Part shown: one piece after another, positions 37,663 to 47,355 of the stretch
How positions within the stretch are numbered: the stretch's first letter is position 1
How the letters are laid out: each line of letters opens with the position of its first letter
NCBI GenBank assembly: GCA_965223545.1
Contig: OZ245006.1
Coordinates: 6,816,001-6,880,000, forward strand
DNA from: Planctomycetota bacterium
GTDB taxonomy: Bacteria > Planctomycetota > UBA1135 > UBA2386
Direction of reading: 5' to 3'
Length of the DNA: 64,000 bases
The notes under the pieces: model-generated
Databases searched by the model: none
Told to the model about the DNA's origin: nothing
Seen by the model: the letters and a program-made list of their open reading frames with translations, nothing else
Position numbers and translations under genes: made by a program

Positions 37663-39474
37663 ATGCCTGCCCCAGTCTTCTCCATCGTCGTGGTGCCGTT
37701 TCGGAACCTGTCCACGGATCCGGAGACCGACTACTTCGCGCGTGGCTTCGTCGAGGACTTGATCGCCGACCTGACGCGCTTCCGCGAGCTACGCGTGCTG
37801 GCTCGAGACAGCGCCTTCGAGCTGGCCTCGCTCGACAAGCCGTCCGAGTCGGTAGCACGGGAATGGGGAGCCGACTACCTCCTTACGGGCAGCGTACGGC
37901 GCCGCGACGATGGACTGCGGGTCACGACGCAGCTGGTCGGCGCCGTCGACAAAGACGTCATCTGGGCCGAGCGATTCGACGCTCCTGTCGAGTCGGTGTT
38001 CGAGATCCAGGACGCGATCACCGCCTCGGTCGCCGGCAAGCTGGCCGTCCGCGTCGGCGACCAGCGGCTCCAACGAGCGCGCAGTCGCTCGATGGGCGAG
38101 TTGCAGGCCTACGACTGCTGGCTGCGTGGGCTCGAACACCTGCGCCGCGGGACTCTCGAGGACGACGCCGAGTCGCGCCCCTTCTTTCAGCGCGCTCTCG
38201 AGATCGATCCGGACTACGCGCGGGCCTATACGGGGTTGTCCATCTCCCACTTCAACGAGTGGACGTGCCAAGCCTGGCATCTGTTCGACGAGAGTGGCGA
38301 AGGAGCGTTCCACTACGCGCAGCGCGCCGCAGAACTCGGCAGCGGCGACGCCATGGTGCAGGCGGTATTGGCGCGGGTCCATCGCTTCCGGCTCGAACAC
38401 GCCGAGGCCGACCAGCGCGCCGCGCGCGCGCTGGCGCTCAACCCCAACGACCCCAACGTGCTGATCCACATCGCGATCGCGACGCTGTTCAGTGGCGATC
38501 CCGAAGCGGCGCACGAGCTGGCAACGAGGGCGATCGACCTCAATCCGCTCCACGGTGCGTGGTACGGTGGGGTCGCCGGCTGGAGCCTCTTCATGGCCGG
38601 GGAAACCGCAACGGCTCTCCGCCTTCTCGACGAAGCCGGCGACTCCATCGTCAACTTCGCGGCCTATCGCGCCGCCTGCCATGCTCTGTTGGGCGACCAC
38701 GTCTCGGCGGCTCGCGCCTATGCCGATTTCGAGCGTGAGTATCGTGACAAGATCGCTTTCGGGCGCGCGCCCGGGCCGAGCGAGGCTCTGCGCTGGGCAG
38801 TGCAGGTCGAGCCGTTCCGCCGCCTCGAAGACTCGCGCCGGATGCCCGAGGCGCTGCGCGCCGCGGGTATCGCCGATGTCGACGTGCAAGCCGCTCTGGA
38901 CGGTCGTCCGCGCACGATGGTCCAACCCGCCGGCATCCTCAGCCCGCCCGGCAGTGTGTTCCGCAGGGACGATGACGTCTGGGTGATCCGGTTCGACGGC
39001 GCCGGTGCGCGACTGGTCGGATTGAAGGGCTTTCACGACTTGGTTCGGCTGTTGCGCGAACCTGGCGTGCCGATCCACTGCCTCGAGCTCTCAGGCGCTC
39101 CTCCCGCACACGAGTCACGCCACGACGTGCTCGACGCCGATGCCCGCCAGGACTACCGCCGCCGGATTGAAGAGTTGCAGGCCGACGTCGAGCGGGCCCA
39201 ACGCGACAACGATCCCGGTCTGACCGAACGGTTGCGTGCCGAGCTCGACGCGTTGATCGACGAGCTCACCAAGGCCAGCGGGATGGGGGGACGATCCCGC
39301 AATCTCGATCGTCGCGTGGAGCGGGCCCGCACGGCGACCACCTGGCGGATTCGCAGCGCCATCAAGAAGATCGCTTCCGCCCATCCGCGCCTCGGGCAGC
39401 ACCTCGATAACTCCGTCCGCACGGGCACCTTCTGCGTCTATTCGCCCGAGCGCAACGTGGTCTGGGAGCTGTAG
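37663..39474 (+). CDS. TolB-N-like/TPR regulator with C-terminal putative DNA-binding domain
   Basis: SIVVVPFRNLS, YLLTGSVRR, WAERFD, FEIQD, TPRs; C-terminal ERARTATTWRIRSAI...VRTGTFCVY. Confidence 0.8.
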   Translation: MPAPVFSIVVVPFRNLSTDPETDYFARGFVEDLIADLTRFRELRVLARDSAFELASLDKPSESVAREWGADYLLTGSVRRRDDGLRVTTQLVGAVDKDVIWAERFDAPVESVFEIQDAITASVAGKLAVRVGDQRLQRARSRSMGELQAYDCWLRGLEHLRRGTLEDDAESRPFFQRALEIDPDYARAYTGLSISHFNEWTCQAWHLFDESGEGAFHYAQRAAELGSGDAMVQAVLARVHRFRLEHAEADQRAARALALNPNDPNVLIHIAIATLFSGDPEAAHELATRAIDLNPLHGAWYGGVAGWSLFMAGETATALRLLDEAGDSIVNFAAYRAACHALLGDHVSAARAYADFEREYRDKIAFGRAPGPSEALRWAVQVEPFRRLEDSRRMPEALRAAGIADVDVQAALDGRPRTMVQPAGILSPPGSVFRRDDDVWVIRFDGAGARLVGLKGFHDLVRLLREPGVPIHCLELSGAPPAHESRHDVLDADARQDYRRRIEELQADVERAQRDNDPGLTERLRAELDALIDELTKASGMGGRSRNLDRRVERARTATTWRIRSAIKKIASAHPRLGQHLDNSVRTGTFCVYSPERNVVWEL

Positions 39475-39601
39475 AGGACGCGTACCCACATCGTGTGGGT
39501 GGGCCTCACGCCCTCTTGGTGACAAGGCGAACGGCTGATTGCGAGCTGCACTCGCGAGCTCGAGCCGCTCGCCGCCAGACTCCAGAGTGGAGGCGTATCC
39601 G

Positions 39602-40729
39602 ATGCTACCCAACAACCTCCGGCTGTGGCTCTTCGACCGGCTGTCGGTCAAGACCATGCGTTACGTCACCGCGGTCAAGAAGGACCGCGCCCAGGGCCTG
39701 ACCAAGTCCGTCTACGACCAGATCGACGAGGACTTCTTCATCAACGGCTCGCTGACCAGCCGTTCGCCGGTGCCCGAGCTGCTCGCCGCGATCTGGACGG
39801 CGGGTCGCGAGACCATGCTCGTCGACGACGGGCTGGACCGCACCACGAAGGAGGCAATCTGCGCAGTGTTGTCGGATGCCAACGCGTGTCCGTACTGCGG
39901 CGACATGCTGATCAGTCTGGTGGACGCCGGCAAGGAGCACGACGCGGCCTCGGCGATCTACGATCGCGATGTCGAGCGGATCCAGGACCCAACCTTGCGA
40001 CGGCAGCTCGAGTGGGTCCGGGCCGTGGGCACCCCGGGCGCCGACAACATTCCGGCGAACCCGTTCACAGCGGCGCAACTCCCCGAACTCGTCGGCACGC
40101 TGATGTCGATGGCGGACATCAACCGCTACAGCCACGTCGTGATGGACGGTTCACCGGTCGATCTGCCGCTCGGTCTGCAGCGACCGGCGTTGCGGATGTT
40201 TGGCCGCGAGCTCGAGGGCACCAAGACTCGGTCGGCCGAGCCCGGTCGGGCGCTGGGCTTGTTGCCCGACGCGCCGTTGCCCGACGACCTCGCCTGGGCA
40301 GCGCCGAACCCGCGCATCGCCTCCGCGCTTGCACGCTGGACCGCAGCGGTGGAGCGAGAGACCGCTGGCGTGGTCTCGCAGGCCGTGCAGAACCGTGTCG
40401 CCGAGCAGCTGCGCGGCTGGAACCACGAGCTGATGCCGATCAGTCGCAGCTGGGCCGACGCCGCCGTCACCGGACTCGACGGTGAGGATCGCGCGATCGC
40501 GAAGTTCGCGTTGGTTCTGGCGAAAGCGCCGACGCAGGCTTCCGAGGATCTCGTCGAACCGTTCGTCGGAGGCGACCAGGAGCGGTTCGTGCGCATCCTG
40601 GCCTGGGCATCGTTCACCGGCGCCAGGGCCTACGCGAAATACGTCGCTCGGACGGCCGGCTTGGCGGCCACCGACCCGGACGAGGCGGCGGTCTCTCCGG
40701 TCGGGCTCTGCAAGGCGGAGATCGTGTGA
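39602..40729 (+). CDS. Carboxymuconolactone decarboxylase/AhpD-like protein
   Basis: KEAICAVLSDANACPYC. Confidence 0.8.
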   Translation: MLPNNLRLWLFDRLSVKTMRYVTAVKKDRAQGLTKSVYDQIDEDFFINGSLTSRSPVPELLAAIWTAGRETMLVDDGLDRTTKEAICAVLSDANACPYCGDMLISLVDAGKEHDAASAIYDRDVERIQDPTLRRQLEWVRAVGTPGADNIPANPFTAAQLPELVGTLMSMADINRYSHVVMDGSPVDLPLGLQRPALRMFGRELEGTKTRSAEPGRALGLLPDAPLPDDLAWAAPNPRIASALARWTAAVERETAGVVSQAVQNRVAEQLRGWNHELMPISRSWADAAVTGLDGEDRAIAKFALVLAKAPTQASEDLVEPFVGGDQERFVRILAWASFTGARAYAKYVARTAGLAATDPDEAAVSPVGLCKAEIV

Positions 40730-41793
40730 TGGGACGGTGCCTTGGATGCCTGCTGGTGCCGATCGTCCTGGCCGCCGCCGTAGGCGGCACGACCCAACAC
40801 GGCCTCGCTCAGGGGGAGCTTCCCGTTCAAATCACCGCCGCGCTGGACCGGGCGCGGCCGGTGCTCTTCGACATGGCGAAGACTTCGACCCAAGGTGTGC
40901 ACGCGCTGATTTGTCTCGCCCTGGCTCACGGCGGTTCGACGATGGCCGACCCGGAGTTCCGACAGGCGATCTCTCGACTCGAGGACAGCAAGCTGGCCCA
41001 AACGTACGACCTCAGCGTGCGACTGATGGTGATGGCCGAGGTCCAGGATTACCCAGCGCGGCGCCGCGCCGCGGACAGGGACCTCGCGCAGCTGCTGAAG
41101 AATCAGCGGGGAGGCGGGTTCGGCTACACGCCAAAGGGCGGGCATTGGGATCTCAGCAACACGCAGTACGCGGCGCTGGGCATGCGCGCCGCCGCGAGCT
41201 TGGGGGTCCCCATCTCGCGGCGCCGATGGATCGCGCTCGGTCGCACCGTACTGACCGCACAGGTCCGCCGAGGCGGATTCGGCTATCGACCGAAAGGGCG
41301 CGGCTCGAATCCCTCGATGACCGTCGCGGGAATCGCGGTACTCCAGATATGCCGCATGCAACTGAACGACAAGGGCACGCTGAGCAAGAGAATGCGGTCG
41401 GCGATCAGGAGGGCGTGGGATTACATGGCGAACAACAAGGAATCGATCGGCGCCGGTAGCGACAGCCAACGCAGCTACTACTTCCACTACGGACTCGAGC
41501 GGGCCGCGATCTTGTCCGACTTGGAGATGGTGGATGGCATCGACTGGTATCGCACAGGAGTAAGGATGCTCCTCGAAGACCAGGACCCCGACGGCGGATG
41601 GGGTGCTGCCCCTTGGGCAAGAGAAGCCGATCCCCGCCGGCCCGAGATGCACCGCGGCGGGGAGATCATGACTGCTTTCGCAGTTCTCTTCCTGCGGCAT
41701 TCGTTTCGCAAAACGCTGACGACAGGTCCGATCACGCCGCGCCCCCGAGCGTCATCTGATCTCCGGACCCCAGCGTCGGTCAGGGCTGGATGA
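40726..41793 (+). CDS. Exported prenyltransferase/squalene-oxidase-repeat (alpha-barrel) protein
   Basis: NQRGGGFGY, DLSNTQYAALG, SMTVAG, YYFHYGLERA, QDPDGGW. Confidence 0.8.
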   Translation: MMGRCLGCLLVPIVLAAAVGGTTQHGLAQGELPVQITAALDRARPVLFDMAKTSTQGVHALICLALAHGGSTMADPEFRQAISRLEDSKLAQTYDLSVRLMVMAEVQDYPARRRAADRDLAQLLKNQRGGGFGYTPKGGHWDLSNTQYAALGMRAAASLGVPISRRRWIALGRTVLTAQVRRGGFGYRPKGRGSNPSMTVAGIAVLQICRMQLNDKGTLSKRMRSAIRRAWDYMANNKESIGAGSDSQRSYYFHYGLERAAILSDLEMVDGIDWYRTGVRMLLEDQDPDGGWGAAPWAREADPRRPEMHRGGEIMTAFAVLFLRHSFRKTLTTGPITPRPRASSDLRTPASVRAG

Positions 41794-42229
41794 TCATCAG
41801 CGTCGCCGGGGTGATCTGCAGACACGGCCCCGCGCTGAGGAACCCCATGCTCATGGCCGCCTGCGCCGCGATCCCCGTACCGACCAGCGCTGGCACGTAG
41901 GGTACCTGCAGGGTGAGGACGCGCAGATGCGAGACCGGGAGCACGACGGTTGGCGCCACCACGATGCCACACGTCTGGCCGCCGCAGGTTCCGCTGGCGA
42001 ACGGAAACACGAGCGCCGATTGTGCGCCGATCACCATCACGCTGCCGATCGCGGGCAAGCCGGTCGGGTTGTACTCCAGCGCGATCGGCGAACCGAGCTG
42101 GGTCAAGCCGTGACACTTCATCGGCGGCGTGCTCGGGCAACCGGTGCCCGCGAGGGTCACGCACTGGGTGGCGGCCTCGGGCGCCAGCAGCGCCGAAGCG
42201 AGGAGAACGCTGAGCAGGGGCTTGATCAT
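41780..42229 (-). CDS. Small secreted protein consisting almost entirely of the shared C-terminal domain
   Basis: Signal peptide MIKPLLSVLLASALLAPEAATQ; GTGC...LG...C...LQVPYVPALVG...AQ. Confidence 0.7.
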   Translation of the reverse strand: MIKPLLSVLLASALLAPEAATQCVTLAGTGCPSTPPMKCHGLTQLGSPIALEYNPTGLPAIGSVMVIGAQSALVFPFASGTCGGQTCGIVVAPTVVLPVSHLRVLTLQVPYVPALVGTGIAAQAAMSMGFLSAGPCLQITPATLMIIQP

Positions 42230-42356
42230 CGTGCGAAGCGAGCCGGGTCGGGGTGCAGCACCGTTGCCGATGCATGGTAGAGCAGGACGGGTCGGCTGCG
42301 GCCGGGCAATCCACACGGGCGGAGTTCCGTCCTCCCGCTTCGCGGCGATTCCGGGC

Positions 42357-42896
42357 TCAAGCCTCGTCGAGGGTCGCCCGGACTTCCCGCAGCCACAGCA
42401 CCCGCGCCCGCAGCGTGCGCAACGCTCCGCGGCTGATGAGGTAGGCGAACAGATCGCCATGCGTCTTGTCCTCCGCGCACCTGGCCGTCACCCGGACGAT
42501 CTGCTCCTGGAGCCCGGCCTCCGCCTCGGCCAAGAACGCGGTCCGCTGCTTCGCCGTGAGGACTGACAAGAACCGCACTCGCACGCGGAGCGGGTCGATG
42601 TCCATCAACGCGGCGGGCTCGGGCAGTGGTGGACGCAGCCAAGCCTTGAGCGTGCGGCGGCCGGCGGGCGTCAACTCGTAGAGGCGGGAGGCGCGCCGGC
42701 CGGTCCTCGCGGCACTGGAAGCGAGCAGCCCGCTCGCCTCGAGCCGCTCGACGACCGGGTAGATCGCGCCGGCACTGCCACTCCAGTGCGACGACGGGGA
42801 CTTGGCGAACGTCTGCCGCACGGCGTAGGGCGTGCAGGGTCCTTCGAGCTGGATGATGCCCAGGACCACGTGCTCGAGGTCGGTGCGCGGCGCCAT
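42357..42896 (-). CDS. PadR family transcriptional regulator
   Basis: VLGII, GAIYP...RLE..GL, YELTPAGR..L..WL. Confidence 0.9.
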   Translation of the reverse strand: MAPRTDLEHVVLGIIQLEGPCTPYAVRQTFAKSPSSHWSGSAGAIYPVVERLEASGLLASSAARTGRRASRLYELTPAGRRTLKAWLRPPLPEPAALMDIDPLRVRVRFLSVLTAKQRTAFLAEAEAGLQEQIVRVTARCAEDKTHGDLFAYLISRGALRTLRARVLWLREVRATLDEA

Positions 42897-42990
42897 GCCA
42901 TGAGCTTAGCGCTTGGCACCGGCGCGACCGAGGCAAGGCAACGTTCCCCGCGATCGGCACGGCAACGGCCCGCGACAGCGCGCGAGTTTT

Positions 42991-43015
42991 TCGATAGTCT
43001 GAATCGGACTATCGA
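42991..43015. promoter_or_regulatory. Palindromic operator TCGATAGTC-N7-GACTATCGA (probable PadR site)
   Basis: Perfect 9-bp inverted repeat between divergent padR and the protease gene. Confidence 0.6.
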
Positions 43016-43032
43016 TCCAAACCACGCAAGCC

Positions 43033-45078
43033 ATGTCCGTACCCCACCCGCTGCCAGCGATCTCGATGACCTTGGCCATGTTCGTAGTCGGGGGCCTGCG
43101 TCCCGCGGTCGCTCAGGCAGAGACGACGCCGGCCGTCTACGGCCGGATCCCCGCCACGACGGAGCTTCCCGAGGATGGCTGTGTGATCCCGTTCGGCATC
43201 TACCGCGGTCGGCCGGCGGTGTCGGTGAGGATCAACGGCAAGGGACCGTTCCTGCTGCTCGTCGACTCGGGTGCCGGGACGACGGTGCTCAACCACGACT
43301 TGGTCGCGGAGCTCGAGCTGCCGGTGCTGGAGCAGTCGCGGCTCGGCGATCCGTCCGATCCACAAGCCATCGAGACCGACATCGTCAACCTCGAGAACCT
43401 GCGCGTCGGCGAGGCGGTCTTCGGCAAGGTGCAAGCGGCGAGTTGGGACCGCAGCGCGCTGTATCCCGACCGGGAGACGATGCCGCGAGGCATCCTGGGC
43501 TTCCCGTTGTTCGCGCACTGCTTGCTCACGGTGGACGCCGCCGCGGAGCGGTTCGTGTTGAAGCGCGGCCGTCTTTCCGCGACGGAGCGGCACACCGTGT
43601 CCTACGAGCTGTGGCACGGCGTCTGCCAGTTCCCGATGGAGCTTGCCGGCAAACCGGTCCAGGCGCACCTCGACACCGGGTTCGGCGGTGGGCTGATGCT
43701 GCCGCGCGGCTGGGCGGAGACGCTCGCGCTCGCCGCGCCACCTCGGGTGATCGGCCGCGGGCGCACGGTGAACTCGGATTTCGAGATCCTGCAAGCGACG
43801 CTGGACGGCGCCGTCTCGATCGCGGGCCATCGGCTCGACAGTCCCGAGGTCCTGTTCGCCGAGATCATGAACGCCGCCGACCGCGTGGTTCTCGGGGTCG
43901 GGTTCATGCGCCGCTACACGATCACGTTCGACCAAGAACACCGGCGCGTGCAATTTCTGCCGGTCGCGGCGAGAGCCGGCGAGGCCGACGCGTTCGAGGC
44001 CGTCCTCCCCGGTCCGGTCCGCGAGCGCGGCGTACACGTCGCAGCGCTCGCCGACGGAGGCTACGTCGTCGCCGGGGTTACGCAGCGCGGTGGCGACAGC
44101 GGCGCCGATGCAATGCTCCTGCGCGCCGACGTTCGGGGCGAGGTGATGTGGACGCGATCGTACGGCGGTGACCGTGAGGACAACGGGTGGGCCGTGGTCG
44201 AGCTCGACGACGGCTTCGCGCTCGCGGGCTTTACCAAGAGCTTGGGCGCCGCAGGCTACGACTTCTTCCTGGTCCGCACCGATGCAGCGGGCGAGGTGCT
44301 GTGGCAGAAGACCTACGGCGGCGACGGCGACGACCGGTGCTGGGCGTTGGCGAGGAGCGAGGACGGTGGCTTCCTGCTGGCGGGAGAGACCGACAGCTCC
44401 GGAGCGGGAGAGCGGGACTGGCTGGTGATCGCGACGGACGCGGCCGGCAACCAGATGTGGAGCAAGACCTACGGTGGCGCGCGCGACGATCGCTGCTTCT
44501 CGATCGCGCCCGGCCCGGACGGCGGCTGGGTGCTGGCCGGCCAGACCTACTCCGACACCGCGGGTGACCGGGACGCACAAGTCCTCGCGATCGATGCAGG
44601 CGGCGGGCAGCGTTGGTCACACAAGTTCGGCGGCGAGGCCTCCGACGTCGGCCACTCGATCTGTCGCACGGCGGCCGGCGACTACCTCGTCACCGGCTAC
44701 ACGAAGAGCTTCGGCGCGAACGGCGAAGACCCGTTCCTGATGCGTCTCCGCGCCGACGGCAGCACCGTGTGGACCCGGGTGCTGCCGGTGCCTGGTCGGT
44801 GCCGGGCGATCACCGGAGCCGCGGGCGCTGGCGGCGGCTTCTTCTGCGTCGGCTTTGCGACGCCGCCGGGCGCGCGCCGGGGCGAAGCCGTGCTGCTCCG
44901 CGTGGACGACGAAGGCGCGTTGGAGTGGCGCAGGCAATTCTTTGGCCAAGAGGCCGGCGAAAGCATGGGCTACACCGTGGCCGCAACGCCCGATGGCGGC
45001 TGCGTGTTCACCGGTCACGTCGTGCGGGCGGGTGACACCGACGCGTTTCTCGTCAAGGCAGGCGCCGACGCGCGCTGA
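43033..45078 (+). CDS. Secreted tandem retropepsin-like aspartyl protease fused to a beta-propeller
   Basis: LVDSGA and GILG, HLDTG and VLG; then repeated W.KTYGG...D blades. Confidence 0.85.
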   Translation: MSVPHPLPAISMTLAMFVVGGLRPAVAQAETTPAVYGRIPATTELPEDGCVIPFGIYRGRPAVSVRINGKGPFLLLVDSGAGTTVLNHDLVAELELPVLEQSRLGDPSDPQAIETDIVNLENLRVGEAVFGKVQAASWDRSALYPDRETMPRGILGFPLFAHCLLTVDAAAERFVLKRGRLSATERHTVSYELWHGVCQFPMELAGKPVQAHLDTGFGGGLMLPRGWAETLALAAPPRVIGRGRTVNSDFEILQATLDGAVSIAGHRLDSPEVLFAEIMNAADRVVLGVGFMRRYTITFDQEHRRVQFLPVAARAGEADAFEAVLPGPVRERGVHVAALADGGYVVAGVTQRGGDSGADAMLLRADVRGEVMWTRSYGGDREDNGWAVVELDDGFALAGFTKSLGAAGYDFFLVRTDAAGEVLWQKTYGGDGDDRCWALARSEDGGFLLAGETDSSGAGERDWLVIATDAAGNQMWSKTYGGARDDRCFSIAPGPDGGWVLAGQTYSDTAGDRDAQVLAIDAGGGQRWSHKFGGEASDVGHSICRTAAGDYLVTGYTKSFGANGEDPFLMRLRADGSTVWTRVLPVPGRCRAITGAAGAGGGFFCVGFATPPGARRGEAVLLRVDDEGALEWRRQFFGQEAGESMGYTVAATPDGGCVFTGHVVRAGDTDAFLVKAGADAR

Positions 45079-45096
45079 GGAATGTCGGCTTTTGTC

Positions 45097-45882
45097 TCAC
45101 GAAGCCGCGACGCCGCGACCCGCGGTGACCCCCCCGTCGATCGCCAGGATTGCGCCCGTCGTCCATGCGGACCTCTCGCTCGCCAGGAAGAGGATCGCCT
45201 CCGCCACTTCGCCAGGTTGTCCGTTGCGTCCGATCGGGTGGAACGAATCGAAGCCGGCGAGAGTTTGGCGCACCTGCTCCTTCGGGATGAACGACTCGTA
45301 GACCGGCGTCTCGACGACTGCGGGTGCCACGGCGTTGACCCGGATCCGGTCGTCCGCGAGCTCGATCGCCAGGTTGTGGGTCAGGGCGTGCACGCCGGCC
45401 TTGGCGACTGAGTAGGCCGACGACGGTGTCGCGCCGACCGCGTGGTCGGCCCACATCGAGCCGACATTGACGATTGCGCCGCCGCCGCGGGCGCGCATCG
45501 CGGAGACGGCGGCTTGCGACGCGAAGAACGTGCCGGCGACGATGACTTCCAAGTAGCGAGCCAAGTCCTCGGCGTCGTGCTCGACGAACGGCTTGGGCGA
45601 GAAGATGCCGGCGTTGTTGACGAGAATGTCGACGCCGCCGAACTTCGCTTCTGCCGTCTTGGCGAGCTGCCGTGCCACTTCTCGGTCACCGATCGAGCCG
45701 GCGACCGGGATGATCCGCTCGCCCGTCGGATCGAGTTCTCGCGCTGTGCGGGCAAGCACGTCCTCGCGTCGCCCGTTGATCGCGACGCCAGCGCCACCAC
45801 GTTCCAGGAAACGTCTTGCTGCTTCCTTGCCGATGCCGGTTCCGCCACCGGTGATGAGTGCTACCTTGCCTGTGAAGTCCAT
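45097..45882 (-). CDS. SDR family oxidoreductase
   Basis: TGGGTGIG, NNAG, YSVAK, IRVNAVAP. Confidence 0.95.
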   Translation of the reverse strand: MDFTGKVALITGGGTGIGKEAARRFLERGGAGVAINGRREDVLARTARELDPTGERIIPVAGSIGDREVARQLAKTAEAKFGGVDILVNNAGIFSPKPFVEHDAEDLARYLEVIVAGTFFASQAAVSAMRARGGGAIVNVGSMWADHAVGATPSSAYSVAKAGVHALTHNLAIELADDRIRVNAVAPAVVETPVYESFIPKEQVRQTLAGFDSFHPIGRNGQPGEVAEAILFLASERSAWTTGAILAIDGGVTAGRGVAAS

Positions 45883-46028
45883 CCGATTCTCCTTGGTCGT
45901 GTGGTTTCGAGCGCGACCCATTCGTCGCGTGGCTTGAACTACGCGGCTGCCGAGGAAAAGTCAGGTGAGTACTTCGAGGTAGGGTAGGTACCGCGAGGTG
46001 CTAATTGCGATGACCAGCGGAGAAACGC

Positions 46029-46340
46029 TTGCAAAGAAGACGGATCCCTGAATCGACGGTCGACATGCTGCGTGCGCTGTTCGGCTGCAAGTGGTCGCTG
46101 ACCGTGTTTGCACTGATCGAGGCGGGTGTGCGGCGACCGGGCGAGATGGTGCGCAGCGTGGATGGCCTGACCACGAAGTCGCTGAACGAATGCGTGCAGC
46201 GCTTGCTCGAGTTCGGGATCCTCGAGAAATCGGTCTATCCCGAGGTGCCGCCCCGGGTGGAGTACTCGATCACGGAGCGTGGTGAACGCGTGCGCGCGAT
46301 CTTCGCGCAGATCGAGGAGCTGGCGAAGGAGTTCGCGTAG
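46029..46340 (+). CDS. HxlR family winged-helix regulator
   Basis: GCKWSL, YPEVPPRVEYSIT.RG; divergent from the SDR gene. Confidence 0.9.
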   Translation: MQRRRIPESTVDMLRALFGCKWSLTVFALIEAGVRRPGEMVRSVDGLTTKSLNECVQRLLEFGILEKSVYPEVPPRVEYSITERGERVRAIFAQIEELAKEFA

Positions 46341-46437
46341 CCGCGCCGACTCGCGGTTGGACCGACCCGATCGGGTCAGCTCCCCGCGACTCGGCCAAGA
46401 GCGAAAGCGCTGGCTCCCGGACGTGCTATGGCATGCT

Positions 46438-47355
46438 GTGGCGAACGTGTTCGAGCTGATCGCTGCCCCTCATTCGCCTTTCGACCTACACGGCGAGCTG
46501 AACCTCGCCGCCGTCGATCTGCAGGCTGCCCACCTGCGGAGGACCGGGATCCACGGCGTCCTCGTGGCCGGAACCACTGGTGAGGGGGCCTCGCTCACGG
46601 GGGCGGAGCGGCGCCGGCTCGCAGAGCGGTGGGTGGCGGTTGGCGGCGACCTGCGCGTCGTGCTGCACGTCGGCCACGCCAGCCCTCACGAGGCTCGCGA
46701 CCTCGCCCGACACGCCGCCGAGATCGGTGCGCATGCCATCTGTGCCGCGCCACCCAACTGGTTCCCCATCCACAGCGCCGAGGAGCTCGCCCAGACGTGC
46801 GAGGTGATTGCGTCGGGCGCCCCCGATCTGCCTTTCCTCTACTACCACATCCCGGCGCTCTCGGGAGTCCGCGTGCCGATGGCCCGACTGCTCGAGCGCG
46901 TGCGCGAGCGCGTCCCGAGCTTCGCCGGAGTGAAGTACACGCACCTCGATCCGGTGGACTTCCAGGCCTGTGTCCGCGCGCACGGCGACGACCTTCAGCT
47001 CATGTGGGGCTGCGACGAGCTCCTCGTCACGGGTCTCCAGCTCGGCGCACACGGCGCGGTCGGGAGCACCTACAACTTCGCCGCCTCGCTGTACCACGGC
47101 GTCGTGGCGGCGCACGCCGCAGGTGAGATCGAAACCGCGCGCATCCTGCAGTCGCGCTCGGCACTGTTGGTCGAGACCCTCGATCGACGTGGCTATCACG
47201 CCGCGGCGAAGACGGTGATGAAGTTCCTCGGCATCGATTGCGGGCCGGTGCGACTGCCCCTCAAGCGCCTCGATCCTCGAGCGGAGGGCGCCTTGCGCCT
47301 CGAACTCGAGGAGCTCGGTTTCTTCGACTGGATCGGGGAGCAAAAAGGCTCGTGA
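46438..47355 (+). CDS. nanA: N-acetylneuraminate lyase (DapA family)
   Basis: GTTGE, YYHIP, GVKYT, GCDE, GSTYN; adjacent to the symporter and epimerase genes. Confidence 0.8.
   Translation: MANVFELIAAPHSPFDLHGELNLAAVDLQAAHLRRTGIHGVLVAGTTGEGASLTGAERRRLAERWVAVGGDLRVVLHVGHASPHEARDLARHAAEIGAHAICAAPPNWFPIHSAEELAQTCEVIASGAPDLPFLYYHIPALSGVRVPMARLLERVRERVPSFAGVKYTHLDPVDFQACVRAHGDDLQLMWGCDELLVTGLQLGAHGAVGSTYNFAASLYHGVVAAHAAGEIETARILQSRSALLVETLDRRGYHAAAKTVMKFLGIDCGPVRLPLKRLDPRAEGALRLELEELGFFDWIGEQKGS

Noticed and set aside
45955..46000. HxlR operator between the SDR and hxlR genes
   Set aside because: Only weak GTA/TAC half-sites; no convincing inverted repeat.
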